A DNA stretch of 64,000 bases from an uncultured Patescibacteria group bacterium (GCA_938030745.1 CALHIP010000008.1:2297-66296); one strand, 5' to 3'; shown: positions 9,397 through 19,917, numbered from the stretch's first letter. Numbers and translations are program-made. Notes: generated by a model not told the origin, from the sequence alone.

Positions 9397-10050
9397 ATGA
9401 AAAAACTTAATTTAAAACAAATTCTCTTTCTGATTATCTTTTTTGCTATTATTTTTATTGCTTCAAGAATTCCTCTTTTTAAAATTGTTGGTTCAAATCA
9501 GACCTTCACGCTTTTTGAGTTTCTTTATCCACTGCCTTCTGCCTTTCTTGGAACTTTTTTAGGTGCTGGAATTGTATTGTTAGTTAAAATTTTAAATTGG
9601 CTTTTTTCTGGTCAATCATTAGATCTTATTACTTTTATCAGATTTTTCCCAGCTGTTTTTGCTGCTATTTATTTTGCTAGTAAATTAAAACTGAATTTAA
9701 TTATTCCAATTATCTGTATGATCTTATTCTGGATTCATCCAGTTGGTCGAGCTAGTTTTCCTTATGGAGTCTTCTGGTTGATTCCAATTTTAGTTTTTCC
9801 TTTTAAGAAAAATCTGGCTTTAAATGCTTTAGGAACAACCTTTATTGCTCATGCTATTGGCTCAACTGCTTTTTTATATTCTGTAGAGATGCCAGCTGAA
9901 GTTTGGCGAAGTTTAATTCCTATTGTTTTTCTTGAAAGATTTATTTTTGCCACTGGCATTTTTATAAGTTATCTTGTTTTCTCAGTTTGTTTGAATTATA
10001 TTCTTAAGAAATTATCTAAAAAGGAAATGGTCTTAGAAATTAACAGATGA
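9397..10050 (+). CDS. Multi-pass membrane protein, possible ECF-type S-component
   Basis: 217 aa with about 6-7 hydrophobic segments, 11 nt downstream of the cofE-like gene. The S-component label is inference. Confidence 0.55.
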   Translation: MKKLNLKQILFLIIFFAIIFIASRIPLFKIVGSNQTFTLFEFLYPLPSAFLGTFLGAGIVLLVKILNWLFSGQSLDLITFIRFFPAVFAAIYFASKLKLNLIIPIICMILFWIHPVGRASFPYGVFWLIPILVFPFKKNLALNALGTTFIAHAIGSTAFLYSVEMPAEVWRSLIPIVFLERFIFATGIFISYLVFSVCLNYILKKLSKKEMVLEINR

Positions 10051-10063
10051 ATTTTAGGAGGTT

Positions 10064-10780
10064 ATGATATCTATCATTATTCCTACCTATCAACACGGTA
10101 ATACAATTTTGAAAACTTTAAAAAGTATTTTTAATCAGACTGAACAAAATTTTGAGGTTATAATTGTTAACGATGGTTCTACTGATGATACGAAAAAAAA
10201 ATTAGAAATAGCTCAAAAAAAATGGCCTGGAAAAATTAAGGTTATCAATCAGGAAAGAAAAGGTGCTAATTCAGCTCGCAATCGCGGATATCAAGAATCA
10301 AAAGGTGATTTTTTATTTTTTTGTGATGCTGATGTTGAGTTAAGAAAGGATTGTTTAGAAAAAATGATTAAAACTTTAAAAGAGAATCCTTCTGCTAGTT
10401 ATGTTTATTCTTCTTTTAAATTCGGTTGGAAAATTTTCCCAAGTTTTGATTTCGATCCGGAAAGGTTAAAAAAAATGCCTTATATTTCAATGATGTCTTT
10501 AATTCGTCGAGAACATTTTCCTGGTTTTGATGAAAATATAAAAAAATTTCAAGATTGGGATCTTTGGTTGACAATGTTAGAAAAAGGTTATTACGGAGTC
10601 AGAATTCCGGAAATTCTATTTGTTGTTAAACCAAGGAAAATTGGTATTAGTACCTGGCTACCGAGTTTTCTTTACCATCTTCCTTGGCATATTTTTCCAT
10701 TTAAATTTTTTAAACCAAAAACTATTCAAAAATACGAAGAGGCGATGAAAATTATTAAAGAAAAACATAAACTGGAATAA
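10064..10780 (+). CDS. Glycosyltransferase family 2
   Basis: ISIIIPTY, IIVNDGSTD, ARNRG, FFCDAD, QDWDLWL. Confidence 0.92.
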   Translation: MISIIIPTYQHGNTILKTLKSIFNQTEQNFEVIIVNDGSTDDTKKKLEIAQKKWPGKIKVINQERKGANSARNRGYQESKGDFLFFCDADVELRKDCLEKMIKTLKENPSASYVYSSFKFGWKIFPSFDFDPERLKKMPYISMMSLIRREHFPGFDENIKKFQDWDLWLTMLEKGYYGVRIPEILFVVKPRKIGISTWLPSFLYHLPWHIFPFKFFKPKTIQKYEEAMKIIKEKHKLE

Positions 10781-10872
10781 ATTAATTAAACTTAATTTCC
10801 CTTGATAAATCAAATCATTGGATGAAGAAAAAAGGTAAGATTTCTTCGGATAAAAAATAAGAAAAATAAATT

Positions 10873-12795
10873 TTATCCAATTGCTTCCAAGAAAGAATTT
10901 TGAGGAAGGATTTTTTTAATTTCGTTTGGTAAAGGTGCGAGTGAATAAAGATTTTTTATTTTAATTAAAAAACTGATTTCAAAAATTTTTTTTCGTCTTG
11001 GAGGAAGAGAATAAGGAAAGATTTTAAAATTTTTATTTCGAAGGGATTGAATATTTTTCTCAAAATTTTGTGAAATTTTTTTAAGTTTTTCCCATTTTTT
11101 TTCTTGAATTGTTAACCTAAAAATTCTTGTAAATGGTGGATAAGAAAAATCCCTCCTAATTTCTAATTCTTGTTGATAAAAATTTTTAAAATTAAAAAGA
11201 TACGCATTTTCAATAGCATAATTTTCTTTTGACCAAGTTTGGATTATTAACGGAATATTAAAATGATTTACCCAATTGATTATCGCAACAATTTCTTGAA
11301 ATGTTTTTTCAGTAGAATGAAAATCAGGTTGATTAAGTAAAACATCAGCATTAACAATCCCAATTAGACCAATATCTCTTATCCAATCCTCATTAAAATT
11401 TCGCCAAAAAGGAAGGGTGGTAATAATTATTTCTTTATCAAAAGATTTATCTTTACTTGTTGAATCAATTCTTTCAACATTAGCAAAAGGAGCGAGAATT
11501 TCTTCAATTTTCTGAATAGCTAAACCTTTCATTTTTATCTCTGTCCCTTGACAAAATGGACATTTCAATGGCAGTTCCTCTTCATAGCCACAATGATGAC
11601 AAATAAGATAATAGATTTTATTTTTTTTATGAGCAATCAAGGGTAAATCACAGCGTGGGCAAGAAAAAAGATAACCACAATCCTGGCAAAAATTAAAAGT
11701 AGTGTATCCTTTTCTTTTTAAATAAAGAATAACCTTTTTTTTCTTTTTAATCGTATTAAAAATTGTTTCTTTTAAATCATCACTTAAGGGTGAGAAATTG
11801 CCTTTCCTCATTTCTTCTTTCATATCAATTAGTTTGACAATTTTCATCTTTTTCTCTTTTTTCAAATCAAAAGGTAAAAATTTTTTCTGACTAAAAGTAT
11901 ACCAGTAAGTTTCGACTCTCGGTGCTTGAGAGGAGAAAATTAATTTCGTCTTACTAAGTTTTGTTAATTTCCAAGCAATTGTTCTTGCATCATAATAAGG
12001 AAATTGTTCTGACCGATATAAATCATTTTCTTCGTCTTCTAAAATAATAAGACCCAGATTTTCAATTGGTGCAAAAATAGCCATTCTTGTACCAATAATT
12101 AATTCTGCCTTTCCATTTAAAATTTTTTGCCAGTTTGTCCAAATTTCTGATTTTTTTAAATTGGAATGTAAAATAGAAATTTCATCTGTTAAATTTTTAA
12201 AATATTTTAAAAATAATTCGATTTGATCAATCTCTGGTAGTAAGATTAAAACTTTTTGTTTTTTTTCTAGAGTTTTTTTAATTAAAAAATAATAAAGAGC
12301 AAATTTTTCAAAATAATTTTGCCAGATGAGCAAGAATTTTTTTCTTTTTGAATAGTTAAAAATATTAATCATTTTTTTGAGTTGGGGAAGAAAATTTTTT
12401 GAAATTTTCAATTCTTGAGTACTTAGTTCAACATTTACAACAGCTGATTTTTTTGTAACTTCTGGCAGGGAAGTTTTTAAAATGGTTGAAGGGGAAGCGA
12501 AATAAAAAGAAGAAAGCCATTTGATCATTTTTAAATAATTTTTAAAAATGATTGGCTGATCGAAAATTATTTTTTCTATTGACTTTAATTTTCTTTCTTT
12601 TGAAGTTTTTTTTAAGCCAACAACCAGGCCACTAATTTTTTTATTTCGAAAATATATTTTTACTAATTGTCCAAAATTAATTTTTTTCTCCAATTCTTTA
12701 GGCACTTTATAATCAAAAAAAGAAATCTCTCTTTTTATACCACGAGAGATAACAAAATAGGGAAGGCGAGTCAAAGGTATTACTTTAGCAATCAT
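10873..12795 (-). CDS. priA: Primosomal protein N' (PriA) with degenerate helicase motifs
   Basis: FDYKVP N-domain, IIGTRMAIFAP, YDARTIA, four CxxC pairs, PDFHSTEKTFQ, YPPF. Confidence 0.9.
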   Translation of the reverse strand: MIAKVIPLTRLPYFVISRGIKREISFFDYKVPKELEKKINFGQLVKIYFRNKKISGLVVGLKKTSKERKLKSIEKIIFDQPIIFKNYLKMIKWLSSFYFASPSTILKTSLPEVTKKSAVVNVELSTQELKISKNFLPQLKKMINIFNYSKRKKFLLIWQNYFEKFALYYFLIKKTLEKKQKVLILLPEIDQIELFLKYFKNLTDEISILHSNLKKSEIWTNWQKILNGKAELIIGTRMAIFAPIENLGLIILEDEENDLYRSEQFPYYDARTIAWKLTKLSKTKLIFSSQAPRVETYWYTFSQKKFLPFDLKKEKKMKIVKLIDMKEEMRKGNFSPLSDDLKETIFNTIKKKKKVILYLKRKGYTTFNFCQDCGYLFSCPRCDLPLIAHKKNKIYYLICHHCGYEEELPLKCPFCQGTEIKMKGLAIQKIEEILAPFANVERIDSTSKDKSFDKEIIITTLPFWRNFNEDWIRDIGLIGIVNADVLLNQPDFHSTEKTFQEIVAIINWVNHFNIPLIIQTWSKENYAIENAYLFNFKNFYQQELEIRRDFSYPPFTRIFRLTIQEKKWEKLKKISQNFEKNIQSLRNKNFKIFPYSLPPRRKKIFEISFLIKIKNLYSLAPLPNEIKKILPQNSFLEAIG

Positions 12796-12800
12796 AAAAA

Positions 12801-13586
12801 TTAGAATTTAAAATTCATAACTAAATAGCCAACACCGAATGGTGCTTCATAAGAATAAAGTTCTGGTTTAACCTTTATTTTTTCTAAGATTCCTAAAAGA
12901 ATTAAAAATGAGCGGAGACCGCACTCGCCAGCTTCTTCAATCAATGTTTGATCCATTTCTAAAATTCCTTTTATATTTTTGTCTTTCAAAAAGGTAATTA
13001 ATTTTTTATCAAAAATTCCTGCTCGAGGCGAATAACCACCAGGTGCATCAGGGGTAAGACAATGTGAAAGATCACCTGAGGCAACAACAGCAATTTTCTT
13101 TTTTGAAAGATAAATCTCTTCTTTTAGGACTCGACCAAATTCAAGATGGGCCTGATAATCCAAGAATGAGTAGCCAATTGGAACAATTTTTGGTTGAATA
13201 TTTTTTGTTAGATAATATAAAGGAACAAGTGAACCATGATCAAGATTTTCTTCTTTAATTAAAACAATTGGTAATTTGCCTTCTAATTTTTCTTTGAAGT
13301 GATGGATAAATTCTAAATCAGGACTAAATTTTAAATCAGTCTTAAAATCACCAAATTGATGAAAGTTTCCAAAATATATTTCAGAAAAATTTATTGAAAA
13401 AGCATCGGTATAAATTACACCGTGAGGTGAAATGACAATTACTGTTTCAGGGTTTGCCTTCCTAAATTCTTCTTCCAATTTTTCCATAGCATCTATTGTT
13501 TTTTTAACCAATATTAAATTTTCCTGACCGATAGTCGGGATAATAATTGGTGGATGAGGAGAAATACCAGCAAAGACTAATGACAT
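12801..13586 (-). CDS. amrB: AmmeMemoRadiSam system protein B (MEMO1/LigB fold)
   Basis: SPHPPIIIP, VISPHG, LDHGSLVPL, ASGDLSH, GECGLRS, SYEAPFGVGY. Confidence 0.85.
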   Translation of the reverse strand: MSLVFAGISPHPPIIIPTIGQENLILVKKTIDAMEKLEEEFRKANPETVIVISPHGVIYTDAFSINFSEIYFGNFHQFGDFKTDLKFSPDLEFIHHFKEKLEGKLPIVLIKEENLDHGSLVPLYYLTKNIQPKIVPIGYSFLDYQAHLEFGRVLKEEIYLSKKKIAVVASGDLSHCLTPDAPGGYSPRAGIFDKKLITFLKDKNIKGILEMDQTLIEEAGECGLRSFLILLGILEKIKVKPELYSYEAPFGVGYLVMNFKF

Positions 13587-13603
13587 AAAATTAAATTAAT
13601 TTA

Positions 13604-14950
13604 TTATTTAATAATTTCAATAGGTTCACCTAAAGGATGTAAATTTAAAATATCTTCAGAGACAGTAATAATTCTATCCCATTGATAGCCAAGTTCAATA
13701 AAAACATCAGCTGAGACAATTGGTCTTCTTTTACCTAAAGAGATTAAATAAACTGTATCTTTTTCTTTAGATTTTAATAATGTGCCATCTCTAAATTTTA
13801 TTGGTTCAGCCAAAATAAACTCATCTAATTTTTCCTTTTTTACTTTAATAATTTTATCATAAGGAAAATTATTTAAAAGTATCTCTTTAGTATAGATCGG
13901 ATATTTAAATTCATCTTTGACATAATAGATCGCGCCACTTTCTTCATCCTGTAAAAGAGAGCCAACTGGATAGGGTGATAAAATTGGTTTACCTAAAGGA
14001 TAATTTTTTAAATCTTGATCAGAAACTTTAATAATTTCTTCAGGATTAAAACCAATCTCTTTAAAAATTTTTTCTGGAATTGGTCTTAGAGTTTTATTAA
14101 CTAAAAGATATCTTTGATTTTTCTCATCTTCCAATAATGAGTAATTTGGAAAATCCATTGGTTCACCAATTTCATATTTTAAAAGATCTTCTTTTGAGAT
14201 AGTTCTGACATTTTTAAATGAATAAGAAGCTAAAAAAACATTTTTTGAGAAAAAGGGCCGACGTTTACCATTCTGAATTAACCAAATACCAGGCTCATTC
14301 TTTAATTTCACTAAAGTATTATTTTCTATCGGTTCATTTTTTTTACCAAACCATTTTTGCCAGATCTGCCAAAAAAGATAATTGCTTTTAATATAAGGGG
14401 AATAATTATATAAAGCAGCTGTAGCTAAGTTTTGTGGCAAAACGAAAATGCCAGAAATTTTATAAACCTGACCAGGCTGAAAAATAAATTGTTCAGGATG
14501 ATCTAAAAAATAACGTAATCGCCAAGCTGCTCGATCAATTTGTTTAGCAAAACCACGAAATTTTTCAAGACAAGGTCGATTTTCATAACAAGCAAAACTA
14601 GTTGCCCAATCATATTGATTTGTTTTTGGTTTTTTTTGAGTAATTAGTGACTGTTCTTTTTGTAATAAAGTAATTAGAATTTGAGGGTTAATTCGATAAT
14701 TTTGCGAAGCTTTAAAAATAATTTGACTAGCTGATCTTATCTGACCGTCAAGATCATGAGTTTGATAATTAGCTAAACTTCCGCCTTGTTTTTTCAAAAA
14801 ATCTTCGATTTCTTGAAGATTCATTGCCTGATAATTATTTATTTCTTTATCAGAAATCAAATAGTCCGGATTAAATCCGGCTAAAACAGGGTTAATAAAA
14901 ACACATAAACTATAAATAATAAATAGTAGAGTAATAATAAAACGTTGCAT
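13604..14950 (-). CDS. Secreted protein: putative lysozyme-like N-domain plus four ~60-aa repeats
   Basis: Signal peptide (..NPVLA); INPQILITLLQKEQSL, NLATAALYNYSP; repeats such as GTLLKS..VYLI..GKRRPI..F..LG..I..VS...L...PLGEPI. Confidence 0.7.
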   Translation of the reverse strand: MQRFIITLLFIIYSLCVFINPVLAGFNPDYLISDKEINNYQAMNLQEIEDFLKKQGGSLANYQTHDLDGQIRSASQIIFKASQNYRINPQILITLLQKEQSLITQKKPKTNQYDWATSFACYENRPCLEKFRGFAKQIDRAAWRLRYFLDHPEQFIFQPGQVYKISGIFVLPQNLATAALYNYSPYIKSNYLFWQIWQKWFGKKNEPIENNTLVKLKNEPGIWLIQNGKRRPFFSKNVFLASYSFKNVRTISKEDLLKYEIGEPMDFPNYSLLEDEKNQRYLLVNKTLRPIPEKIFKEIGFNPEEIIKVSDQDLKNYPLGKPILSPYPVGSLLQDEESGAIYYVKDEFKYPIYTKEILLNNFPYDKIIKVKKEKLDEFILAEPIKFRDGTLLKSKEKDTVYLISLGKRRPIVSADVFIELGYQWDRIITVSEDILNLHPLGEPIEIIK

Positions 14951-17556
14951 TATTTTATAACTATTTTATCTTTTTCTACCTCTACTTTTACTTTTTGACC
15001 TTCTTTTATTTTTCCTTTAACAATTTCTAAAGCTAATTTATCTAAAATTTCTTTTTGAATAACTCGTTTTAATGGACGAGCGCCAAAAACTGGATCAAAA
15101 CCACGTTCAGCAATTAATTTTTTTGCCTCATCAGAAACTTCAATTTTGATATTTTTTTCTTCTAATCTTTTTTTGACTAAATTCAATTGTAACTCAACAA
15201 TTTTTTCAATATGTTGTTTTGTTAAAGCATGGAAAATTATTATCTCGTCTAAACGATTTAAAAACTCTGGTCTAAATCTTTCCTTTAAGGCTTCATAAAT
15301 TTTTTCTTTAACTTTTTCTTCAGTATCCATTTTTTCCCGATCTGAAATAAATCCTAAAGATGCTTTTTGGGCAAAATCCCTAATTATTTCAGAGCCTAAG
15401 TTTGAAGTCATAATAATAATCGTATTTTTGAAATTAACAGTTCTTCCTTTAGCATCAGTTAATCTTCCTTCGTCTAAAATCTGAAGTAAGAGGTTAAAAA
15501 CATCTGGATGAGCTTTTTCAATTTCATCAAAAAGTAGAACTGAATATGGGCGATGTCGAATTTTTTCTGTTAGTTGTCCACCTTCTTCATAGCCAACATA
15601 ACCTGGTGGTGAACCTATAATTTTTGCTACTTCGTGTTTTTCCATATATTCACTCATATCAAGACGGATTAAGGCTCTTTCATCGTCAAACAAAAATTCA
15701 GCTAAAGCTCGTGCCAGTTCTGTTTTGCCAACACCTGATGGTCCTAAAAACATAAAGGAACCTATTGGTCGATTTTCTTCAGCTACTCCAGCCCTTGAGC
15801 GACGAATAGCATTAGCTACTGCTTTAACTGCCTCTTCTTGATTAATTAAGCGTTGATGGATTCTTTCCTCCATTTTTGCTAATTTTTCTGTTTCTTCCTC
15901 TAACATTTTTTCAACTGGAATACCAGTCCACTGAGCAACAATTTTTGCAACATCTTCTTCAGAAACTTCTTCTTTAATAAATCTCTGTTCTTTTTGAATT
16001 TTAGCTAAACTTTTTTCTCGAGTTTTAATTTCTTTTTCTAATTCTGGAATTTTTCCATATTTTATCTCAGCAACTCTTTCTAAATTTGCTTCTCTTTCAG
16101 CAATTTCTAATTCTTGTTTTAGATTATCAATTTCTCTTTTTGCTTTTTTAATAGCTGTAACGATTTCTTTTTCTTTTAACCATCGCAACTCTAAAACTTT
16201 ACCTTTCTCTTTCAATTGTGCCAATTCTTTTTTTATTTTTTTAATTTTTTCTTGACTCTTTTTTTCTTTTTCTAAAGCCAATATTTCAACTTCTAATGTT
16301 TTTATTTTTCTTTTCAGTTTATCTAGTTCTTCTGGTTCTGATTCAATTTCTAATCTTAAAAAAGAACAAGCTTCATCTATTAAATCAACTGCTTTATCAG
16401 GTAAAAATCTATCAGTAATATAACGAGCTGAAAGCTTAGCAGCAGCAATAATTGCTTCATCAGAAATTCTTACGCCATGGTGAATTTCGTATTTTTCTTT
16501 GATTCCACGTAAAATAGCAATTGTCTCCTCAATTGTTGGTTCTGCAACATAAACTGGTTGAAATCTTCTTTCCAAAGCTGGATCTCTTTCAATATATTTT
16601 TGATATTCTTTTAGAGTTGTTGCGCCAATACAACGCAATTCTCCTTTAGCTAAAGCTGGTTTTAACATATTTGAAGCATCAATTGCTCCTTCAGCTGCTC
16701 CAGCACCAACTAAAGTATGTAATTCATCAATAAATAAAATATAATTGCCAGATCTTTTTATTTCTCTTAAAACTGCTTTCAGACGATTTTCAAACTCGCC
16801 TCGATATTTTGTTCCAGCAACTAAACCACCTAAATCTAAACTAATAATCTCTTTGTTTTTTATTGATTCAGGGACATCACCAGAAACAATTCTTTGAGCT
16901 AATCCTTCAACTATTGCTGTTTTACCAACACCAGCTTCACCAATTAAAACTGGATTATTTTTTGTCCTTCTTGATAGAACTTGCATTAATCTTCTAATTT
17001 CATCATCTCGACCAATAATTGGATCAAGTTTTTTCTCCCTAGCCATTTGGGTTAGATTTGTTGTATATTTTTCTAAAGCTTGATATTTTGATTCGGGTTC
17101 TGGTTCAGTTACTCTTTCTGTGCCTCTGACATCAGCTAAAGTTTTTAAAATTGAATCATAATTAGCTCCAAATTCAGCTAATAAATCTTTAATAATAGAA
17201 GGAACAGAGGCGAGGGCCAAAAGTAAGTGTTCAGTAGAAACATATTCATCTTTTAATCGATTTGCTTCTTTAGTTGCTTGAAAAAGTACCTTTTTTAGAA
17301 CTGGCGAGATATAAATTTCAGCTAGACCACCAAGACCAATTACTCGTGGCAAAAGAGCAATTGCACTTTCTGTTCTGGCTCTTAATTTCTCAATTGGTAG
17401 ACCCATTTTTTTTAAAACAGCAACTACTACTCCTTCTTCTTGAGAAAGTAAAGCTAAAAAAAGATGAGGAGTATCAACTTGTTGTTGTTCGTGTTCCATT
17501 GCCAGCGTATGGGCTAGCTGAATCGCTTCTTGGGCTTTAAGAGTAAAATTATCCAT
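14950..17556 (-). CDS. clpB: ATP-dependent chaperone ClpB
   Basis: GEAGVGKT and GPSGVGKT Walker A motifs, coiled-coil M domain, [21 protein letters not shown]. Start moved to ATG 17556 (MDNFT). Confidence 0.96.
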   Translation of the reverse strand: MDNFTLKAQEAIQLAHTLAMEHEQQQVDTPHLFLALLSQEEGVVVAVLKKMGLPIEKLRARTESAIALLPRVIGLGGLAEIYISPVLKKVLFQATKEANRLKDEYVSTEHLLLALASVPSIIKDLLAEFGANYDSILKTLADVRGTERVTEPEPESKYQALEKYTTNLTQMAREKKLDPIIGRDDEIRRLMQVLSRRTKNNPVLIGEAGVGKTAIVEGLAQRIVSGDVPESIKNKEIISLDLGGLVAGTKYRGEFENRLKAVLREIKRSGNYILFIDELHTLVGAGAAEGAIDASNMLKPALAKGELRCIGATTLKEYQKYIERDPALERRFQPVYVAEPTIEETIAILRGIKEKYEIHHGVRISDEAIIAAAKLSARYITDRFLPDKAVDLIDEACSFLRLEIESEPEELDKLKRKIKTLEVEILALEKEKKSQEKIKKIKKELAQLKEKGKVLELRWLKEKEIVTAIKKAKREIDNLKQELEIAEREANLERVAEIKYGKIPELEKEIKTREKSLAKIQKEQRFIKEEVSEEDVAKIVAQWTGIPVEKMLEEETEKLAKMEERIHQRLINQEEAVKAVANAIRRSRAGVAEENRPIGSFMFLGPSGVGKTELARALAEFLFDDERALIRLDMSEYMEKHEVAKIIGSPPGYVGYEEGGQLTEKIRHRPYSVLLFDEIEKAHPDVFNLLLQILDEGRLTDAKGRTVNFKNTIIIMTSNLGSEIIRDFAQKASLGFISDREKMDTEEKVKEKIYEALKERFRPEFLNRLDEIIIFHALTKQHIEKIVELQLNLVKKRLEEKNIKIEVSDEAKKLIAERGFDPVFGARPLKRVIQKEILDKLALEIVKGKIKEGQKVKVEVEKDKIVIK

Positions 17557-17565
17557 ATATTTTAT

Positions 17566-17594
17566 ATTATAGATGATTAGCACTTTCCTGTCAA
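17566..17594 (-). promoter_or_regulatory. Consensus sigma70 promoter of clpB
   Basis: Minus strand TTGACA (17594-17589), 17 bp, TATAAT (17571-17566). Confidence 0.85.
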
Positions 17595-17603
17595 GATTGC
17601 TAA
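17577..17603. promoter_or_regulatory. CIRCE element (HrcA operator)
   Basis: TTAGCACTT-N9-GATTGCTAA versus consensus TTAGCACTC-N9-GAGTGCTAA; one mismatch per arm; overlaps the clpB -35. Confidence 0.88.
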
Positions 17604-17609
17604 TCAAAG

Positions 17610-17618
17610 TTATCCACA
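17610..17618 (+). promoter_or_regulatory. Perfect DnaA box
   Basis: TTATCCACA. Confidence 0.55.
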
Positions 17619-17813
17619 GATCGAAAATGTTAAATGACTAAAAAGAAATTCATCTCTTATTAAAATTGACAAAATTTGAAAATATACTTGAATAAAAAAT
17701 AGAAAAAGAATTTTTTTCTCACCGATTACGAAAGTTTGTCTCTACTTATTCAGAATTGAATCTGAAGAAAGTTTTCTTAAAAAGGAAAGGAGGGTTTAAT
17801 AAGCTCCCTTTAT

Positions 17814-18827
17814 TTATTTCAAAATCAAATCCAGATTTTCTTTACATTTTCGACATTTTCCATCTTTATCAAACCGCTGGATTTCATAACCAATTCTTTT
17901 GATGTTTAATTCACCACATTTTGGGCAATAAGTATTTTCTCTTTGATCACCTGGCAAATTACCAGCATAAACATATTTTAAACCAACTTTTTTGCCAATC
18001 TCATAAGCTTGATAAATTATTTCTGGCGGAGTAGGTGAGACATTTATCATTTTGTAAGCTGGATAAAAGCGGGAAATATGCCAAGGAGTTTCTTTACCCA
18101 ATTCATTTTTGATAAATTTAGCGATATCTTCAAATTGATTACCTAAATCAGTATAACCAGGAATAACTAAGGTTGTGACTTCAATCCAAATTTTATTTTT
18201 TTTCATCCATTTTAGTGAATCTAAAACTGGCTGAAGTTTTCCACCACAAATTTTTTGATATAAATCGTCGCGGAAAAATTTTAAATCAACATTGGCTGCA
18301 TCTAAATAAGGACCAACCAATTCTAATGTCTTGTTACTCATATAGCCATTGGTTACCCAATTATTTTTCAATCCTTGTTTTTTTGCCAATTTCATTGTTT
18401 CAAAGGCAAACTCTAAAAAAATTGTTGGTTCAGTATAAGTATAAGAAATACTAAACAGATTATTTTTCTTTGCTATTTCAACAATTTCTTCTGGCGACAT
18501 TTCTTCACCTAAAATTTGACCATTGTAATCTCTTGGCATTTGAGAAATTTCATAATTTTGACAATGAAGACATCTAAAATTACAACCAACTGTAGCTATT
18601 GATAAAGAATAACTTCCTGGTAGCCAGTGGAAAAATGGTTTTTTCTCAATTGGATCAATATGAGAGGCCACTACCTTGCCATAAACTAAAGAATAAAGTT
18701 TACCATTTTGATTTTCTCTTACTCCACAAAAACCACGTTTGCCATCAGCAATAAGACAATGATGAGAACAAGCATTACATTTTACAACTTTATTTTTTAA
18801 TTTCTCATATAAAAGTGCCTCTTTCAT
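17814..18827 (-). CDS. amrS: AmmeMemoRadiSam system radical SAM enzyme
   Basis: N-terminal CxxCxHxC...GFCGVR, DPIEKKPFFH, GCNFRCLHCQN, YTYTEP, C-terminal CPKC/CRKC. Confidence 0.93.
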   Translation of the reverse strand: MKEALLYEKLKNKVVKCNACSHHCLIADGKRGFCGVRENQNGKLYSLVYGKVVASHIDPIEKKPFFHWLPGSYSLSIATVGCNFRCLHCQNYEISQMPRDYNGQILGEEMSPEEIVEIAKKNNLFSISYTYTEPTIFLEFAFETMKLAKKQGLKNNWVTNGYMSNKTLELVGPYLDAANVDLKFFRDDLYQKICGGKLQPVLDSLKWMKKNKIWIEVTTLVIPGYTDLGNQFEDIAKFIKNELGKETPWHISRFYPAYKMINVSPTPPEIIYQAYEIGKKVGLKYVYAGNLPGDQRENTYCPKCGELNIKRIGYEIQRFDKDGKCRKCKENLDLILK

Positions 18828-18865
18828 ATCTTTTAATTATATTAAATTTTAGATATAATGTAAAT

Positions 18866-19423
18866 ATGCTGTTAAGAAAAAGATTTGATCAGAAAATAGT
18901 TGAAATCATCAAAAATAAAGGAGTTGGAGTTTTACCTACTGACACAATTTATGGTTTAGTTGGCAGCGCCCTCTCTAAAAAAGTAGTTAAAAGAATTTAT
19001 CAATTACGAAAGAGAAGACTTTCTAAACCTATGATTATTTTGATTGGTTCAGAAGATGATTTAAAAATATTTCGAATTAAAATTAATAAAAAAATAAAAG
19101 AAATATTAAAAAATTTTTGGCCTGGAAAAGTAAGTATCATTTTACCTTGTCCTCATAAAAAATTCTTTTATCTTCATCGCGGAACAAAGACATTAGCTTT
19201 CCGTTTACCAAAAAATAAAAAATTAATTAATTTTTTAAAAAAGACAGGACCATTAGTTGCTCCTTCAGCTAATTTAGAAGGAAAAAAACCAGCTGAAACA
19301 ATTAAAGAAGCAAAAAAATATTTTGGCGAAAAAATTGATTTTTATCTTGATGGAGGAAGAATAAAATCTTTACCCTCAACTTTAATTGCTATAAAAAATG
19401 ATCAAATTATAATTAAAAGATGA
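18866..19423 (+). CDS. tsaC: L-threonylcarbamoyladenylate synthase (TsaC/YrdC/Sua5)
   Basis: PTDTIYGL, KRRLSKPM, WPGKVS, AFRLP, APSANLEG, PST. Start moved to ATG 18866. Confidence 0.92.
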   Translation: MLLRKRFDQKIVEIIKNKGVGVLPTDTIYGLVGSALSKKVVKRIYQLRKRRLSKPMIILIGSEDDLKIFRIKINKKIKEILKNFWPGKVSIILPCPHKKFFYLHRGTKTLAFRLPKNKKLINFLKKTGPLVAPSANLEGKKPAETIKEAKKYFGEKIDFYLDGGRIKSLPSTLIAIKNDQIIIKR

Positions 19424-19908
19424 TAAAAACCCTTATTATTTATTTTTCGATTCATCATCAGAATACAGAAAAAATAGCTAAAGTGATAGCTGAAGTTCTA
19501 AATGCAGATTTAAAAAGAGTTGATCAGACAAAACCAAAAGAAATTGATAATTATGATTTAATTGGTTTTGGTTCAGGAATTTATTTTGGTAATTATCATA
19601 GGGCTCTGATTGATTTTGTTAAAAATTTGCCAGAAGTAAAAAATAAAAATTGTTTTATTTTCTCAACAAGCGGTAGACCGGAATCTATTTTTTTTAATTT
19701 ATTTACAAAAAATTTCAAAAAAATTTTAGAAAAGAAAGGTTTTAAAATTATTGGTCAATTCAATTGTCCTGGTTTTGATACTTATGGTTTATTAAAATTT
19801 ATTGGCGGAATTAATAAAGGTCGGCCAAATGAAAAAGATATGGAACTAGCCAAAAAATTTGCTTATAATTTAAAAGAACAAATCATAATTGACAAAAGAA
19901 AAATTTAA
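19420..19908 (+). CDS. Flavodoxin-family protein
   Basis: IIYFSIHHQNTEKIA, YDLIGFGSGIYFG, FIFSTSG, GGINKGRP. Confidence 0.88.
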   Translation: MIKTLIIYFSIHHQNTEKIAKVIAEVLNADLKRVDQTKPKEIDNYDLIGFGSGIYFGNYHRALIDFVKNLPEVKNKNCFIFSTSGRPESIFFNLFTKNFKKILEKKGFKIIGQFNCPGFDTYGLLKFIGGINKGRPNEKDMELAKKFAYNLKEQIIIDKRKI

Positions 19909-19917
19909 AGATATGAT
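19889..19917 (+). promoter_or_regulatory. sigma70 promoter of the subtilisin gene
   Basis: TTGACA (19889-19894), 17 bp, TATGAT (19912-19917). Confidence 0.75.
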
